64,000 nt of DNA from positions 186,001 to 250,000 of the forward strand of contig NIVC01000859.1 of NCBI GenBank assembly GCA_002269645.1, written 5' to 3'. The DNA is from Macrostomum lignano. Its lineage: Eukaryota. Position 1 is the first letter of the stretch. Each line of letters starts with the position of its first letter. A model generated the notes under the pieces. That model saw only the letters and a program-made list of their open reading frames with translations, did not search any database and was not told where the DNA came from. Positions 13,601 through 23,825 of this stretch are shown piece by piece. The translations under genes were made by a program, and so were the position numbers.

Positions 13601-14490
13601 ATGAATCGCCCCATTCTAAGAATCACCTCATTCTCCGCCCCAACAGCCCCGACTCTCCGCCCCAACAGCCCCGACTCTCCGCCCCAACAGCTCCGACTCA
13701 GTTGCCTCAGTTGAAAAAATCGTCTTATCTTAAGAATCGCTTCAGTCGAAAAAATCGCCCCAGCCTAATAATCGTCATTTGTAAAAATCGCCCTATCTTA
13801 AGAATTTCCTCAGCTGAAAAAATCGCCGTAATCTCATTTCTATGGAATTTTCATTATGCAAAATTAATTACCAGTGTAAAATAAATCTTAGTCTACTTTT
13901 TTCAATACCCTACTTGTAGTAGAAATATTAAGAAAACTACGTTAATAAGGATTACTCTACTATAAGTAAAAATATCGGATTTTTTAAAAATATATATTTA
14001 AATAAACTCGAACTCACGCAGACTGAACGCCAATGCCAATCGATCGAATTCCGAGTCTCCAACAGTTGAATTTCAAGCCGAAGTTCGCGACCAGAACGAC
14101 AATGACGACGACGATAGCAACAATGCTGCTGCTGCTGCTGCTGCACAAGAAGACGAGGAAGTCGCCGAACAGGACGAAGACGTGGACCATCCGGCTTTAG
14201 TGGCCAGCAATGTTGAAACTCGCCTAGCCGAAGTTCGCGCCAGACTGGCGGCTTCGAGTACTCGAAGTCGAAAGCCTGACGGCCTGCTTGGCGAGACAAT
14301 CTATTCAGTGAGAAGTTCAGCCGATGCTGTGCGGCAAGATGCAGGCCCGATAGCAGCTGCCTCTGTTGCAGACAATGCAGCAGACACTTCGGTTGCTAAG
14401 GATGAGAACACGGAGAGCGGGGTCAGCTCCCCGGGCGATGCAGGCCCGCACTCGCCATTGGCTGTCATGGCAACTGCAGGCAACAATTGA
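2688..14490 (+). CDS. MAP7: MAP7/ensconsin-like microtubule-associated protein (multi-exon, 5' end not located)
   Basis: Phase-consistent GT-AG exons: 2688-3155, possibly 3884-3955, 7465-7650, 9204-9532, 9922-9996, 10744-11274, 11711-12228, 14022-14490 (TGA). The N-terminal coiled coil [15 protein letters not shown]...[32 protein letters not shown] followed by FAFGSCTPR matches the ensconsin microtubule-binding region. The C-terminal [22 protein letters not shown] matches the MAP7 kinesin-binding motif (vertebrate ERKKRLEEIMKRTR). Family assignment is from recalled motifs. Confidence 0.75.
3225..3765. repeat. about 35-bp intronic minisatellite (TTATCTCAAATCTCATCATTTATCTCACCTGTTGA)
   Basis: About 14 tandem copies between MAP7 exons. 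Confidence 0.9.
4419..4637 (+). pseudogene. possible degenerate small secreted PAN/apple-like ORF inside a MAP7 intron
   Basis: 72-aa ORF with a hydrophobic start ([15 protein letters not shown]) and [25 protein letters not shown], which resembles the PAN C-x3-C...C-x-x-x-x-Y...C pattern with the second Cys replaced by Ser (AGT versus TGT). Weak. Confidence 0.25.
4670..5800. repeat. 32-33-bp G-rich minisatellite (GAAGGCCTGAGGGTAGGGGGGTGGAAGACTACT, then GAAGGCTTGAGGGTAGGGGGTGACAGTCTACT)
   Basis: About 34 copies in two variant blocks that switch near 4980. Confidence 0.93.
6470..7135. repeat. degenerate about 19-bp array (TAGATTGGTAGGTTGAGAGG-like)
   Basis: GGTAGATTGGTAG recurs throughout; it is the reverse complement of the short array at about 4130-4275. 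Confidence 0.8.
7680..8520. repeat. GA-rich about 24-26-bp minisatellite (GAGATGAGATATGAGACACAGGGA)
   Basis: GAGATATGAGAC recurs throughout and starts right after the donor at 7651; it explains the SYLISPC-type ORFs. Confidence 0.9.
8890..9190. repeat. about 42-bp minisatellite (AAAATCGCCCCTCAAGAATCGCCCTTTAGAAATTGATAATT)
   Basis: About 7 copies ending at the acceptor at 9203. Confidence 0.88.
9575..9872. repeat. (TGTC)n microsatellite
   Basis: About 300 bp, near-perfect, filling most of a MAP7 intron. Confidence 0.97.
10255..10730. repeat. (ACT)n microsatellite, intronic
   Basis: About 475 bp ending just before the acceptor cctacacag at 10743; the poly-Thr in ORF 10135..11337 is intronic. 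Confidence 0.95.
11450..11695. repeat. 34-bp minisatellite (TAATCCCTCGTTAATCCACCAGTAAGAGTCACCC)
   Basis: Unit starts at 11482 and 11516; about 7 copies; the same family recurs at 21945-22250. Confidence 0.92.
12255..13615. repeat. 17-bp minisatellite (GAATC[A/G]CCCCATTCT[A/G]T)
   Basis: About 80 copies, with variant patterns repeating as longer blocks. Confidence 0.96.
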
Positions 14491-15769
14491 ATTATTATTG
14501 AGTGATTGTTATGTATATCATGCATATATTATGATATTGCCTATTGCTCAATATATTACTCATTTAGTAGTATGCTATTATACTGTTAATATATTTGCGC
14601 TGTGAATTAGTGAAAGTAAATTGGTTATTAATAAATCTATCTATTTGCCCTTTGCTAATTTGTTGTTTTGGTCGCAGAAACTAAATTGCTTTTATGTTGG
14701 TCTTCATTCGCAATCTACCCCTATTTGATAAAGTTTTTTTTATGAATTTTATTTCTATTTTTAGTTGCTTTTATTGCCGTCTTTTTGTGTGTTTTTGTTG
14801 GAAAATATAACAATTGCTCTGGTCACAAAAGCCATCCCAGACTCTGTGTCGGCTTCCCATTGTTGGTTCTCCGTCATCTCCCATGAATATTTGTCATTCT
14901 TCATTGCCATTTAATCATTAAAAAGAGTTTGATTCTGTGTTTTAGTCTGTTCATACTACTGCAGCAGCATGAGCAGTAGCGTGGTGCAAATATTAATGCG
15001 GATATAAATTTAACTTGAACTGCTATTTTTAAAAGAACAACATAATCGACTTCTTAATTAATTGAATTGCTACTCAACTTGTCTTCAACCTAGCTACTAA
15101 AAGTAGTATTGATTCAATCTACAATGCAATGCAAATGAGCAACCGACTGCAATATACAATCGTAAATACAAGCATTATTTACGAGTGTATTAACTCTATT
15201 TTTTAGCTTTTATTTATTTTGACTTCACTCTTACGAGCGTGCAATTTCTGATATAAACAGAACCCGCTTGCTCTAGTTTCACCTGGATGAAGTGTGTTAG
15301 CGTTTATTTTTCTTCATTTAGACTGTATCATTTGCTTATACGACCTACTAATCAGTAGTAATGAACGAATATTCGTATATATTTTTGGTGTGCTTTCCTA
15401 ATTATAATCAAATTTTCTAATACTTAACTGAAGCATCATTGCTACTCAGTGGCCTGATTCGCTCTTTCGTCTATTGCTACTTTTTCAGTAGTACCTTGTG
15501 TACATCCGTTACAAACTTTGTCGAGTTCAAAGCATCAATAAAACAAAATAAACTGACTGAAAAATGGGTTATTGTCCAAAAACTGCTTGACTAACGATCT
15601 GTGAGCTTTTCTACACTTGAACTGTGTACTTTGGCAGAACTAGCTCTAATTGATATTGCCTTGTGTTGTCATCTATTCATTTTTCCTTATTTTAGTTTAC
15701 TAAGCCACATACAAACAACTCAGTTTTAGGATATAGGATTGAAGTATTTAAAGAGGGAAAGCCAACCAC

Positions 15770-16055
15770 ATTACTCACCCGCAATGTACACTCGCTGCCA
15801 GACCAGACCCGCTACAACCCCCACCCCTCACCCGCAATGTACACTCGCTGCCAGGCTAGACCCGCTCCAACCCCCACCCATCACCCGCAATGTACACTCG
15901 CTGCCAGGCTAGACCCGCTACAACCCCCCAGCCCTCACCCGCAATGTACACTCGCTGCCAGGCTAGACCCGCTACAACCCCCCAGCCCTCACCCGCAATG
16001 TACACTCGCTGCTAGGCCAGACCCGCTCCAACTCCAACCCCTCACCCGCAATGTA
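15770..16055. repeat. 53-54-bp minisatellite (CGCAATGTACACTCGCTGCCAGGCTAGACCCGCT...)
   Basis: GCAATG starts at 15781, 15834, 15887 and 15941; a single related copy lies at about 22262-22305. Confidence 0.92.
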
Positions 16056-16095
16056 AATTTAATCACAGCAGCCGCCGTTTTCAATCGATTTATTA

Positions 16096-16392
16096 TTATT
16101 TGCCATCTGTCAAACGGGATGGGATTTCAAATCGCGAATTCGGTTTAGCAGCACGCTGAAGCTTCGTGGCTTTTACCATATGGCATGTCAGCCGTGCTAC
16201 CTGCAGTTCATTCTTAACTGCCTCATGCACATGACATACCGGATGCAAATTAGTCAACTGCTTGCTGTTCCTCTTCAACCCTGCTCATTTGCAATACAGG
16301 CAGATGGTGTAGACTCTACTAATGATTGATGAAGCAGATACTGCAACTTTGCCTGATGGTGATGGCTCATTCTCATCACCATCAAAGTCCAT
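16096..16392 (-). pseudogene. disrupted ORF, possibly a FLYWCH/MULE-type zinc-finger remnant
   Basis: ORFs 16285..16533 and 16096..16278 share a frame and are separated only by TGA 16287-16285 plus two codons: YTICLYCK*AGLKRNSKQLTNLHPVCHVHEAVKNELQVARLTCHMVKAT...RFEIPSRLT. The Cys...HxH spacing resembles FLYWCH/MULE N-termini (inference). Confidence 0.25.
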
Positions 16393-17819
16393 AATCGCAC
16401 TGCTTGTGTGATTTCTTGTACGCCTGAAATAAAAGGTGAAAGAGAGAGAGAGGGTCCTGTCATGCAGTATATAAGTTTTTTGCCAGTTTACCAAATACAT
16501 ATATGCTAGATAACAGCCAGAAAAAGTAGTCAAGCATGGCTAATGCTACTACAGCCCTCTTTCCTTATTTAAGCTAAGCTCTTTAGTTTTTTAAAAGAAC
16601 AAAATAGCAATTATTAATTTATAAAAGGATTACACATATTGTAAACAACATAAACAAACAACTATTTCTTAAATAATTATAATAAAAGGAAAATGATAAT
16701 ATAATACAATATAAATATCATAGTACCATCGAGATCTAACCTTTGCTTAAGTTGGCCAAAATAGTTATGAATAGTTTCTTAAATATTTAAACCCTTTAGC
16801 ATAGAGAAATTTCTTAGGAATGGCATATGTACCGTCACAGGAAAATTTCAAAGTGAACAGTGCAAGTCTCATGATAATTGGTTGATTCACTTTTTGAAAT
16901 TTATCACAGAAATAGAGATAATAGAGTCAGCATCAGTTTAATTCATGTGAATATGCCATGGGTAAATGCTTTAATGCTTATTAAAAAAGCCCTTTTGTCA
17001 AAAGAATATAAGTTACGAAAGCTATAGCTAGTGAGCTACTATTTATACTAAACAGTGTTATGGAGATATATAGTTAATACAATGCTTATAGCCTGTCATA
17101 AATAATATATTTATAAATATTTATGGTATTAACTATTAACCCTGATGATGATGGCATATATGTATATGAGTATGCAAGCTACCATAATCGTGCAAATCTG
17201 ACAAATGCATTTTTGGCCAATATATATATTGTGTTATATATTCATATGCACATACCAACTGCAAATATACTTTGAATACTTGTTACTCGTAAAGTTGAAT
17301 GAAAAAAATTACGAGCGTACACAACTAATGCTATCTTACACTACCAGTACTAGGCCCTTATCCGAAGGCCCTATCCAATGTAATTATTGCAATGTGTATT
17401 GTACCTGGATAAATTGCTAAAGGAAGTTTCTTTGAAAGATTTAAATTAGGATGGTTTTGCAGGGAAGTAACAGCTAAAAAAAGGTATTTGGACGAGTCCG
17501 GGTCAGTTGAATATGTGCCATTTTATTATCGCAGACAGCAATACAATAATTATAAGAAAAATTATAACTCACATTGTGAGTTTTGTTCTAAAATTGTGTT
17601 GCATCAAAACTATTTCTATAATAAATTTTTTTTCGACTAGTGCTCGTCTTCATCGGAAATGACTGGCTTGACGCTACGCCCCCCGCTCACATCGGAACGC
17701 CGCCACCCCAAATGGTGAGTTGGGACACTGCATAAAGCCCACAGTCCTGCAGCTGGCGAGAGGCACAAAAGCGACAAGCAAATCCCATCTCCGTAAGACT
17801 CCCCATAGCCGCTCTGACC

Positions 17820-18569
17820 ATGCAGACTTTGTCAATTCTGCCGCTGATTCTCTGCTGCTGCATCGCTCTCGACCACTCGCTGGGCGCTGAATTCGGCCAC
17901 TTAGGCTGCTTTGTGGACACCGCAACTCGAGATATCAATGGTCTGGATGGCTGGTCCACCATCGGGCCCTACTCGGTGACGTGGAGCTCCGGGGGGACAG
18001 TCGAACTCAGCAACATGACTGTGCAGCTTTGCAGCGAAATCTGCGCCTATGGAAACTTCCGCTACTTTGGCCTTCAGCATTCAAGTTTTTGTTTCTGCGG
18101 AAACTCGTACGGCCGACACGGCAGCGCAGCCGACAGCGACTGCAACATGGCGTGCGCTGGAAACTCCGCCCAAATCTGTGGAAGTTTTGGGCGAAACTCC
18201 GTGTACCGGCAGGTCTACAATCGTCCAGGTGAGCGTAGCGGAATTTGTACGCGGTGCTGTTCTACTTTTACATGTACATGCACTTCCCCACGTTCCCACC
18301 AGAGTAGCGGAGCACTCGATATCTCTTCTGTCTTTTCAGATAGCAAATATTTCGCTTTGGCTGACCGAGACTACGCAAACCTGACCTCTACCAGTGGCCC
18401 GTTCTACCGCACCGAGCAGCCCGTCAGGAGTCTGACTGAGTGCGTATATCGCTGCGATGCTGACTGCCAGGCCGTGCTGTTCCACCTGGACGCCTGCCAC
18501 CTGCTGAGATTCGCCGTTCTGCCGCACGAGCTGAAGACCGTGGCTGGGAAGTTCGCGATCCGTGTGTGA
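17820..18569 (+). CDS. secreted WSC-domain protein with a C-terminal PAN/apple-like module
   Basis: Signal peptide MQTLSILPLILCCCIALDHSLGA. Canonical WSC: LGCFVD...MTVQLCSEIC...YFGLQHSSFCFCGN...CNMACAGNSAQICGSFGRNSVY. C-terminal SLTECVYRCDADCQAVLFHLDACHLL is PAN-like. Probable phase-1 intron 18229-18339 (CAG|GTGAGC...CTTTTCAG|), giving a 212-aa spliced product. Confidence 0.9.
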   Translation: MQTLSILPLILCCCIALDHSLGAEFGHLGCFVDTATRDINGLDGWSTIGPYSVTWSSGGTVELSNMTVQLCSEICAYGNFRYFGLQHSSFCFCGNSYGRHGSAADSDCNMACAGNSAQICGSFGRNSVYRQVYNRPGERSGICTRCCSTFTCTCTSPRSHQSSGALDISSVFSDSKYFALADRDYANLTSTSGPFYRTEQPVRSLTECVYRCDADCQAVLFHLDACHLLRFAVLPHELKTVAGKFAIRV

Positions 18570-19934
18570 GGGACCGCCTGATTCGGAGCAAGGAGTCTCG
18601 GTTGCTGAAGCCTCTGATTGGTGAACTCTGTGATTTTTGACACCATCTGATTGCTGAACTGTGTGATTTCTGACACCCTCTGATTGCTGCAAGTCTAACC
18701 ATAGGGCATAGTTAATATATTCTCAAGACAAATCACCTGAGTTCAAATAAAATGACAATATTCACTGCCGAAAAGAAAGAACTTTAGCGGCTTCTGAGCA
18801 GTAGCTTATTGGCAAATAAATTCGTTTTTTATCCTGATCGATCGAGCCAGCTACAGCAGGCACAATGGCAGCAGTAGCAACCAAAGCATATTGCTGACAC
18901 ATTATTGACTCTAAGCAGTATCAGATTCACAAGAACGAATCAGATCCAGAAGCCACTCAGTTCACTCACTCCTGTGTCAGCTCTTGCAACGCTCAATATT
19001 CACGCCAATTTCTCTGCATTGGAAAACTTTTCTGCCTCCATAAGGCGCGCTGGCACCTCAGAGGTTGCAGAATAAATTTAGAGTGCTATGCTCCGAAATA
19101 CTACTTGCACAGCTGAAGCCACAACAGCTTCTGGTAGCTGACATGCCAGGTTCACAATATGCTAGCATATGGTTTAAACGCCTTAAAACCTTTAGCACCT
19201 GCACATTAATAACTTCGTACTCATATAAATGGAAGTGAGAATAGGAATCGCAGCATTCGATGGATAGGATGGCCGAGTACCGACTGACCGAAAGTACAAA
19301 CTAGTCTGACGAAGCTGTTAATTAGTTTAACAGCAGTCAGTGAGCAGGCCAGATGCAGGTGAAATAATTAACAGTGGAGCTCCAAGTTTTTTCTGCCCGT
19401 CTCCACCGCGGGGGGCAGGGGGGCATGTTCCTCCCAGTAAGCTATAAAATTTGCGCATATTGGTTGCCATGGAAACGGGTAGGAGGCTTTTTCATTGATT
19501 TTTCAACTGCAGAAAAACCCACCAATTTATCCCATTAGCATGCAGGCGCTTCGTCTGTGCATGCAGCGTTTGGTGTATGAGGCTGAGCTCATCCCCAACG
19601 CATCATCCGTTTTAACTGTAGCATTGAACTACGCGCTGCCGACTCTCCTGTGTGAGTCCGACAGATAAAGTTTTTTTTCTGGGTAGGGCGATCAGAAATA
19701 AACTTAATGCATGTGAAGTGACATGGAGTGAGGTGTGGAGTTGGGAAGAGGCAATCAACAACCTCTCTGTAATGCAGTTGACAACTGGAAAACAGCAGAA
19801 TGCTCAATTGCTTTCAGTTAGCTTAGCTTGCATTGATGGCTTTATACGAGCTTACATACTCGTACTAACGAAGCGCTTTGTACATATTTTCGTTATTCCA
19901 CACTTTTGAAACATGCTTCAATTGGCTGTTTTGA

Positions 19935-21700
19935 GTTAGTTTACCATAAACAACTGTGATGTGTCTTAGTTTGACCATAGACAACTGTGATGTGGGCCTT
20001 AGTTTGACTATAGACAACACTGTGATGTGTGCCTTAGTTTGACCGTAGACAACACTGTGATGTGTGTCTTAGTTTGACCATAGACAACTGTTATGTGTGT
20101 CTTAGTTTGACCATAGACAACACTGTGATGTGTGCCTTAGTTTGACCGTAGACAACTGTGATGTGTGTCTTAGTTTGACCATAGACAACTGTTATGTGTG
20201 TCTTAGTTTGACCATAGACAACACTGTGATGTGTGCCTTAGTTTGACCGTAGACAACTGTGATGTGTGTCTTAGTTTGACCATAGAAAACACTGTGATGT
20301 GTGCCTTAGTTTGACCATAGACAACTGTGATGTGTGTCTTAGTTTGTCCATAGAAAACACTGTGATGTGTGTCTTAGTTTGACCATAGACAACTGTGATG
20401 TGTGCCTTAGTTTGACCATAGAAAACACTGTGATGTGTGTCTTAGTTTGACTATAGACAACTGTGATGTGTGCCTTAGTTTGACTATAGACAACTGTGAT
20501 GTGTGCCTTAGTTTGACTATAGACAACTGTGATGTGTGCCTTAGTTTGACTATAGACAACTGTGATGTGTGCCTTAGTTTGACTATAGACAACTGTGATG
20601 TGTGCCTTAGTTTGACCATAAACAACTGTGATGTGTCTTAGTTTGACCATAGACAACTGTGATGTGGGCCTTAGTTTGACTATAGACAACACTGTGATGT
20701 GTGCCTTAGTTTGACCGTAGACAACACTGTGATGTGTGTCTTAGTTTGACCATAGACAACTGTTATGTGTGTCTTAGTTTGACCATAGACAACACTGTGA
20801 TGTGTGCCTTAGTTTGACCGTAGACAACTGTGATGTGTGTCTTAGTTTGACCATAGAAAACACTGTGATGTGTGCCTTAGTTTGACCATAGACAACTGTG
20901 ATGTGTGTCTTAGTTTGTCCATAGAAAACACTGTGATGTGTGTCTTAGTTTGACCATAGACAACTGTGATGTGTGCCTTAGTTTGACCATAGAAAACACT
21001 GTGATGTGTGTCTTAGTTTGACTATAGACAACTGTGATGTGTGCCTTAGTTTGACTATAGACAACTGTGATGTGTGCCTTAGTTTGACTATAGACAACTG
21101 TGATGTGTGCCTTAGTTTGACTATAGACAACTGTGATGTGTGCCTTAGTTTGACTATAGACAACTGTGATGTGTGCCTTAGTTTGACTATAGACAACTGT
21201 GATGTGTGCCTTAGTTTGACCAAAGACAACTGTTATGTGTGTCTTAGTTTGACCATAGACAACTGTGATGTGTGCCTTAGTTTGACAATAGACAACTGTG
21301 ATGTGTGTCGTAGTTTGACCATAGACAGCACTGTGATGTGTGCCTTAGTTTGACTATAGACAACTGTGATGTGTGTCTTAGTTTGACCATAGACAACTGT
21401 GATGTGTGCCTTAGTTTGACTATAGACAACTGTGATGTGTGCCTTAGTTTGACTATAGACAACTGTGATGTGTGCCTTAGTTTGACTATAGACAACTGTG
21501 ATGTGTGCCCTAGTTTGACCAAAGACAACTGTGATGTGTGTCTTAGTTTGACCATAGACAACTGTGATGTGTGTCTTAGTTTGACCATGGACAGCACTGG
21601 GATGTGTGTCTTAGTTTGACAATAGACAACTGTGATGTGTGTCTTAGTTTAATCATAGACAACATTGTGATGTGTGTCTTAGTTTGACCATAGACAACAT
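19935..21700. repeat. 33-bp minisatellite (TGTGATGTGTGCCTTAGTTTGACTATAGACAAC) with a higher-order duplication
   Basis: About 52 copies; the diagnostic TGTGGGCC variant and its neighbours recur at about 19990 and about 20665. Confidence 0.96.
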
Positions 21701-21944
21701 TTTGATGAATGCTGAATTCTTCTAAGAAAGCAGTAAGAAAGAAATTAAAAGCTACTTGTGTGATTTCAAGCAACTATAGTGCTGGTGCCTCTCGTCAAAC
21801 AGCTGCGCTTATTATAATTGGATTATTATTAATTAATCTTCCTTTCGACAGTCACAATGATTTCCAGATTGGATACCGGTACATCAAGAAAGCTCATCAA
21901 TTAAGTGAAGCAGTCACTGGAAGCCAAGAAGCGCTCGGTAATCC

Positions 21945-22250
21945 GCCACTAAGAGTCACCCTAATCCCTCGTTAGTCCATCACTAAGAGTAACCTAATTC
22001 CTCATTAGTCCATCACTAAGAGTAACCTAATTCCTCGTTAGTCCATCACTAAGAGTAACCTAATTCCTCGTTAGTCCATCACTAAGAGAAACTTAATTCC
22101 TCGTTAGTCCATCACTAAGAGTAACCTAATTCCTCGTTAGTCCATCACTAAGAGTCACCCTAATTCCTCGTTAGTCCATCCCTAAGAGTCACCCTAATCC
22201 CTCGTTAGTCCATCCCTAAGAGTCACGGCCTAATCCCTCGTTAATCCACC
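21945..22250. repeat. 34-bp minisatellite, same family as 11450-11695
   Basis: CTAAT[C/T]CCTCGTTAGTCCATCACTAAGAGT[A/C]AC units, about 9 copies. Confidence 0.9.
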
Positions 22251-22679
22251 AGAAATGTTTGCGCAATGCACACTCGCTGCCAGGCCAGACCCGCTCCAAC
22301 GTCCACCAACACCTTAGCAGTAAATTTTGAGATTAGAAATGATAAATAAGCGAATAAGCAGTGAAATAGAAATTATGTGACAGCGGCAGCTGCAGATGAG
22401 AAACTAAATAATCAAACAGTCCGTGGCAAGGCCGTGAAAGAAGCTTTCACTCATTTATTAATTATGACACAGAGCCGTCATCGGACACGAACTAAAAACG
22501 TCACCGACAAATATTTTATTGTCTGTTGAAAATTTCAACTTGTTTTTTTCCTAGAAATTTATTATTATTATTTGTCATCTGTAAAACGGAATTTCACGAA
22601 ATGGAACATAAAATGGAGCGGCAAAAGTCGCGAGTTCGTCATGCCGTACCGATACAGCGAGTTGCTAGTTTTGCCTCCG

Positions 22680-23825
22680 TCAGCCTTTCCAGAACAGATT
22701 GTCAAACGGCTTATTTGGCACAGGCTTCAGTACGTAGAAGGCCCCAGGTTTCCTGGGATTAATTTTGCCCTTCTCAATCTGCAGAACGGCTCCATTGTTG
22801 TCGTGGGTGCCGCTGTAGCCCGGGGCGCTGAAGACGGTGACGCAGTGCCGGTTTAGCAGCACGTGGAAGCCTTCTTTAGCTACCTGGTGGCCGCGGACAA
22901 CGAAGCTGACCCCGAACTGTTGCAGCACCGAGTCCAGGGCCTCGCTAGAGAACAGAAACGAGCAACCGCGTTTCGTAGGCGCCCAGTTGATTTTGGTTTT
23001 CTCGCCGGTTATCTGGAAGTGGTCGTAGATGACATTGTGCTGCGGATCTGCCCAGAGCAAGTCGCAGTGCACGCCGAACTGAGGCGGCTCGTACGGCCGG
23101 TCCATGCTGTTCAGAGCTTCAACACAGGCGTCCTGATCGCAGTCCAGAAATGGTGGCAGAGAAAAACTTGGCGATATGCCGCCGTGGCAGCAGAAGATCT
23201 GCCGGCCCACAACGGCACTCAGAGGCAGCCACTGGAAGCAGCGAAGGAAGCCGCGAAGCACCTGGATGCCTTTCTCCTCGCCGAAGCGCTGGTACAACTC
23301 GTCTTTGAAGCCGTACCGAAGGCAGACGTTGGCAGCTTCATGATTGCCGCGCAACAGGTAGACTGAGTCTGGATACAGCATCATTAAGCAGAGCAGGAGC
23401 ATCATCACCTCAATTGAGTACTTGCCGCGATCGATGTAGTCGCCCAGGAACAGATAGCGAGTGGCGGGCGGCTGGCCCAGCCCGTCGAAGTAGCGCAGCA
23501 GGTCGTGAAATTGGCCGTGTATGTCGCCGACAATGTTGACTGGAGTGCTCACTCGCAGGCAGGGGTTCGTGTGCCTGCTCATGTACATCAGGGCAGCGTG
23601 GCACAGGACTAGGCACTCTTGGGCTGTCACCTTTGGGTGATTCACAAAGTCGTCAACTGGGAAGCTGAGCAGCCTCATCGCAAACTCTTTGAGGTTAAGT
23701 TCGTCTCTGATTACCAGATTGCTGGACGATTCGGTATTGTGATTCGAGCGCGGACCCTCGGTGACGTCAAGGCCACCGCCGTCGTCCTTATTTGGATCCG
23801 CCGTAGATGGCGCTTCTTGATCCAT
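22680..23825 (-). CDS. intronless PPP-family Ser/Thr protein phosphatase, divergent PP1-like
   Basis: 381-aa ORF with all PPP metal-binding motifs: GDIHG, GDYIDRG, RGNHE, CHGG, DLLWADP, RG, RGHQV, FSAPGY, and a C-terminal FYVLKP like PP1 FQILKP. Confidence 0.95.
   Translation of the reverse strand: MDQEAPSTADPNKDDGGGLDVTEGPRSNHNTESSSNLVIRDELNLKEFAMRLLSFPVDDFVNHPKVTAQECLVLCHAALMYMSRHTNPCLRVSTPVNIVGDIHGQFHDLLRYFDGLGQPPATRYLFLGDYIDRGKYSIEVMMLLLCLMMLYPDSVYLLRGNHEAANVCLRYGFKDELYQRFGEEKGIQVLRGFLRCFQWLPLSAVVGRQIFCCHGGISPSFSLPPFLDCDQDACVEALNSMDRPYEPPQFGVHCDLLWADPQHNVIYDHFQITGEKTKINWAPTKRGCSFLFSSEALDSVLQQFGVSFVVRGHQVAKEGFHVLLNRHCVTVFSAPGYSGTHDNNGAVLQIEKGKINPRKPGAFYVLKPVPNKPFDNLFWKG

Noticed and set aside
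13630-13710. Three tandem 22-bp copies of an acceptor-like CCCCAACAG as an extra MAP7 exon
   Set aside because: Only weak GT sites follow, and they give phase 0 while the next exon needs phase 2.
19935-21700. 33-bp direct repeats resembling a CRISPR array
   Set aside because: Units are contiguous with no unique spacers, there are no cas genes and the context is eukaryotic. The same applies to all other arrays here.
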